A DNA stretch of 64,000 bases from assembly GCA_032718475.1 (NCBI GenBank), contig JAUCBJ010004601.1:1-64000 (forward strand). The letters are read 5' to 3'. The notes below the pieces were generated by a model. The model had not been told where the DNA came from and did not search any database. It worked only from the letters and a program-made list of their open reading frames with translations. Made by a program: the position numbers and the translations under genes. Numbering within the stretch: the first letter of the stretch is position 1; every line of letters starts with the position of its first letter. Origin of the DNA: Nemertoderma westbladi. Lineage: Eukaryota; Animalia; Xenacoelomorpha. This document shows positions 61,288 to 64,000 of this stretch, piece after piece.

Positions 61288-62617
61288 CTTCCAGAAGATT
61301 AGAAGTGGCAACGGGTGATACAGTTGATTGTTTGGTCTGTTTTGACCAATGCTGCATGTGCAGTTGGATTCATCAATATACCAAGTCTACCTGATGCTTA
61401 CCCTTGCCAACCGCCCCCATGTCTTTAATCAGAACCTAGTCTAGTGACTTCCCTCATGTTAACCAATGGCTTGGTTGGTCGGGGTGGAACATGAGAATAG
61501 CCTCCAACTCCACAATTCTTCCCCCTCGCAATCTGGCCTCCCTATTGAGCCAGGGTTTGGGCCAGGGATGTCATCGGGAAAGGGACACACATAATTGTGG
61601 GCCGCTCTATCTTCAGTAGATGGTATGACAGGCAGCCGTTCTACTACTGCTAGGATCGGCATGCTGCATTGCAGCTGCATTTTTAAGAATGCTGTGCCGG
61701 CTTGTCAACAAAATTGCACCGCCACAACTCCCTATCACCCATGACATTTGCTAGATCATCCGCATCTTCAAGGCCAGTGTCCTTTAAGATGCGTCTCAAG
61801 AAAGTCATGGGCTGTCCACCACGCTTATTCACTCCATGAGGCTGCCAAAGTACAAGATTATGCACTGGCTGGTCCTCACGGCGAAAGCAATGTCCTGCAA
61901 AGCGGGGGCGATTTCGTTCTAGTGTCAAGCTTGGGGGAACCAATGAGACACCTCCAATGTTATATAGTGTCTGGTTGGAGATGTCTGCATTGTACTTGAC
62001 ACAATGAACCCGGCGTAGCATTCTTGTGAATGTGCCATACAGAGATTTGGTGTCCTCAGCAGTTAGAGCCCAGTATGGACTCCCGTAGAGGAGTACTGGA
62101 ACTACTGCTGCTCTAAATAATCGGACCTTAAGTTTCCGATTAATTCTCGGTGACTTCCAAATCCTGGAAAGCCTATTCAAGGCTGCCCATGGCTTTCCCT
62201 TACGTATTCGAAGGTCCTCATCTGACTTCCGGATCCATGATCCCAGGTAACAGAAGTCGTGGACTTCCAGAACATGAGAAGTGGCAACGGATGATACAGT
62301 TGATTGTTTGGTCTGTTTTGACCAATGCTGCATGTGCAGTTGGATTCATCAATAGACCAATTCTACCTGATGCTTACCCTTGCCAACCGCCCCCATGTCT
62401 TTAATCAGAACCTAGTCTAGTGACTTCCCTCATGTTAACCAATGGCTTGGTTGGTCGGGGTGGAACATGAGAGTAGCCTCCAACTCCACAATTCTTCCCC
62501 TTCGCAATCTGGCCTCCCTATTGAGCCAGGGTTTGGGCCAGGGATGTCATCAGGAAAGGGACACACAGAATTGTGGGACGCTCTATCTTCAGTAGATGGT
62601 ATGACAGGCAGCCGTTC
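61288..62617. repeat. 354-bp direct duplication (61288-61641, 62264-62617) flanking an RTE copy
   Basis: Both copies run CTTCCAGAA...GGCAGCCGTTC, same length, about ten substitutions. Confidence 0.92.
61642..62263 (-). mobile_element. 5'-truncated RTE-clade LINE, 3' end
   Basis: Near-identical to ~43965-44580; FCYLGSWI...FAGHCFR...DKPAQHS*, short (TAG)n tail. Confidence 0.93.
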
Positions 62618-63311
62618 AGGAGATAACTGGCGTCTATCGGACCTCAGCTTTGCTAATGTAATCATAATTATTAATCATAGTGGGAGTTGCGGGGTTTTGC
62701 TGAATTAGCCCTCAGGGCAAATACCGCACCCTGATTTGCAAATTCCACAGGGTGGTTGTAACAGTTGAGTCAGATATGGGGCCCATCACCCATACCTACT
62801 CTGAAGCATATGATCCACCATTGGCTATGCAGCTCATCTGCTGAGCCATGCCATGTACTGCCTCTGCTGCCAGGTGTAGGTCGCAATGAAGTGCACTCAA
62901 ATTGGAGATAAGAGCACTCTACTCCTGACCACTGGAAGATTACCATCTGCCCGGTCTTGTCAAATTCGGACTTGTATAGTATAGAGGTACATAATTATGG
63001 ATTTAATTATGTGAACTTTTATGTGACCTCTAGAGATTTAATCAGACATCCTAAAAAACATAACAACTAGCTGTTAATACAACTAATGTATGGCACAATG
63101 TAGAAAAGGTAGCGTAGCACTTTACAAACAGCATTGTAATCTATCTATACATTCTTTACTTGCTTGCATGTTATAATGGATTCTATTTTAGTGACCAATC
63201 TAATTAAATAAGCTTACATTCATCTCATTGTTCCCAAAAAGGGCATCAGTGTTCCTTTGGTAAAAATGGATTTCAAATTTTCCGTTCTTCTTTCAGATAT
63301 TTATTCATAAG

Positions 63312-64000
63312 TTAATCCCGACTCAAACAGACTACAGCGGCCAAGAATGCAGTTAAGGCTGCATCTAGGTCCCTGAACAGGCAATACTCTGTTAATCTAC
63401 AGGAGCTAATAAACCAACAGGTTGATGCCATCAATGATGCTGACGACAGCAGGCAATCATCCCAGGCATGGAAATCGATCAATCTGCTTACTGGGCGGAA
63501 AAGCCAACCAACCACCAAGGTTAAGGCTGAATCACCAGCCGATCGCCTCAATGGTTGGAAAGCCCACTTTGAAAAGCTCCTCAATAATGACAGGGTATTG
63601 CCTGATAACTTTATAGAAGTAAAAGTGTCTGAGTCTGTACTCCCAGATATTCCCATTGGCGATATCTCCTTTGCAGAAGTGAAGGCTGCTGCAAAGAGCA
63701 TTAAGACCAATCGTGCCAGTGGAGTAGATGGTGTTCCCCCTGAGGTCTTTAAAATACCTGAGTGTTTAAAGCTCATCTATCCCATCATAGTAGACATGTA
63801 CCGTACAACAAGAGTCCCACAAGAAATGAAAACAAACAAGTTGGTGCCAGTTCCCAAGAAGGGCAACCTAACACTCTATGGTTCTTTTCGGGGAATCTCA
63901 TTGATCTCGATTGCTGCAAAACTATACAATAGAATTCTATTAAATCGCATCAGGGATCCCATTGAGAGACTGCTACGTGGAAATCAGAATGGGTTCCGTA
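63312..64000 (+). mobile_element. RTE-clade LINE ORF (tether and RT N-terminus), open to the window edge
   Basis: AWKSINLLTGRK, WKAHFEKLLN, ASGVDGVPPE, PVPKKG, FRGISLISIAAKLYNRILLNRI, QNGFR. Confidence 0.92.

Overview
AT-rich eukaryotic (probably invertebrate animal) DNA made almost entirely of nested transposable elements and their relics; I found no intact host gene. From left to right: a pol-less BEL/Pao-type LTR element (gag-protease, a decayed ~515-codon unknown ORF, 3' LTR); a 5.3-kb 21-bp satellite; several MITEs and a tRNA-headed SINE; three 5'-truncated CRE-like (RT-RLE) retroposons; a second BEL relic; a Helitron relic split by a complete but frameshifted Ty3/Gypsy element (5-bp TSD); many RTE LINE pieces; a two-gene PIF/Harbinger with two nested MITEs; and a long-TIR DD41D Tc1/mariner. 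Best candidates for new biology: (1) two identical, complete type III hammerhead ribozymes 460 nt apart on the minus strand (45219-45272, 45679-45732), a retrozyme-like unit that could release a 460-nt circular RNA; (2) the gag-protease-only BEL element with an accessory ORF and duplicated stem-loops. There are also clear repair or integration scars: a 33-bp inverted templated insertion in one Gypsy LTR and a 354-bp duplication flanking an RTE copy. All calls come from reading the sequence by eye; no searches or folding programs were run.
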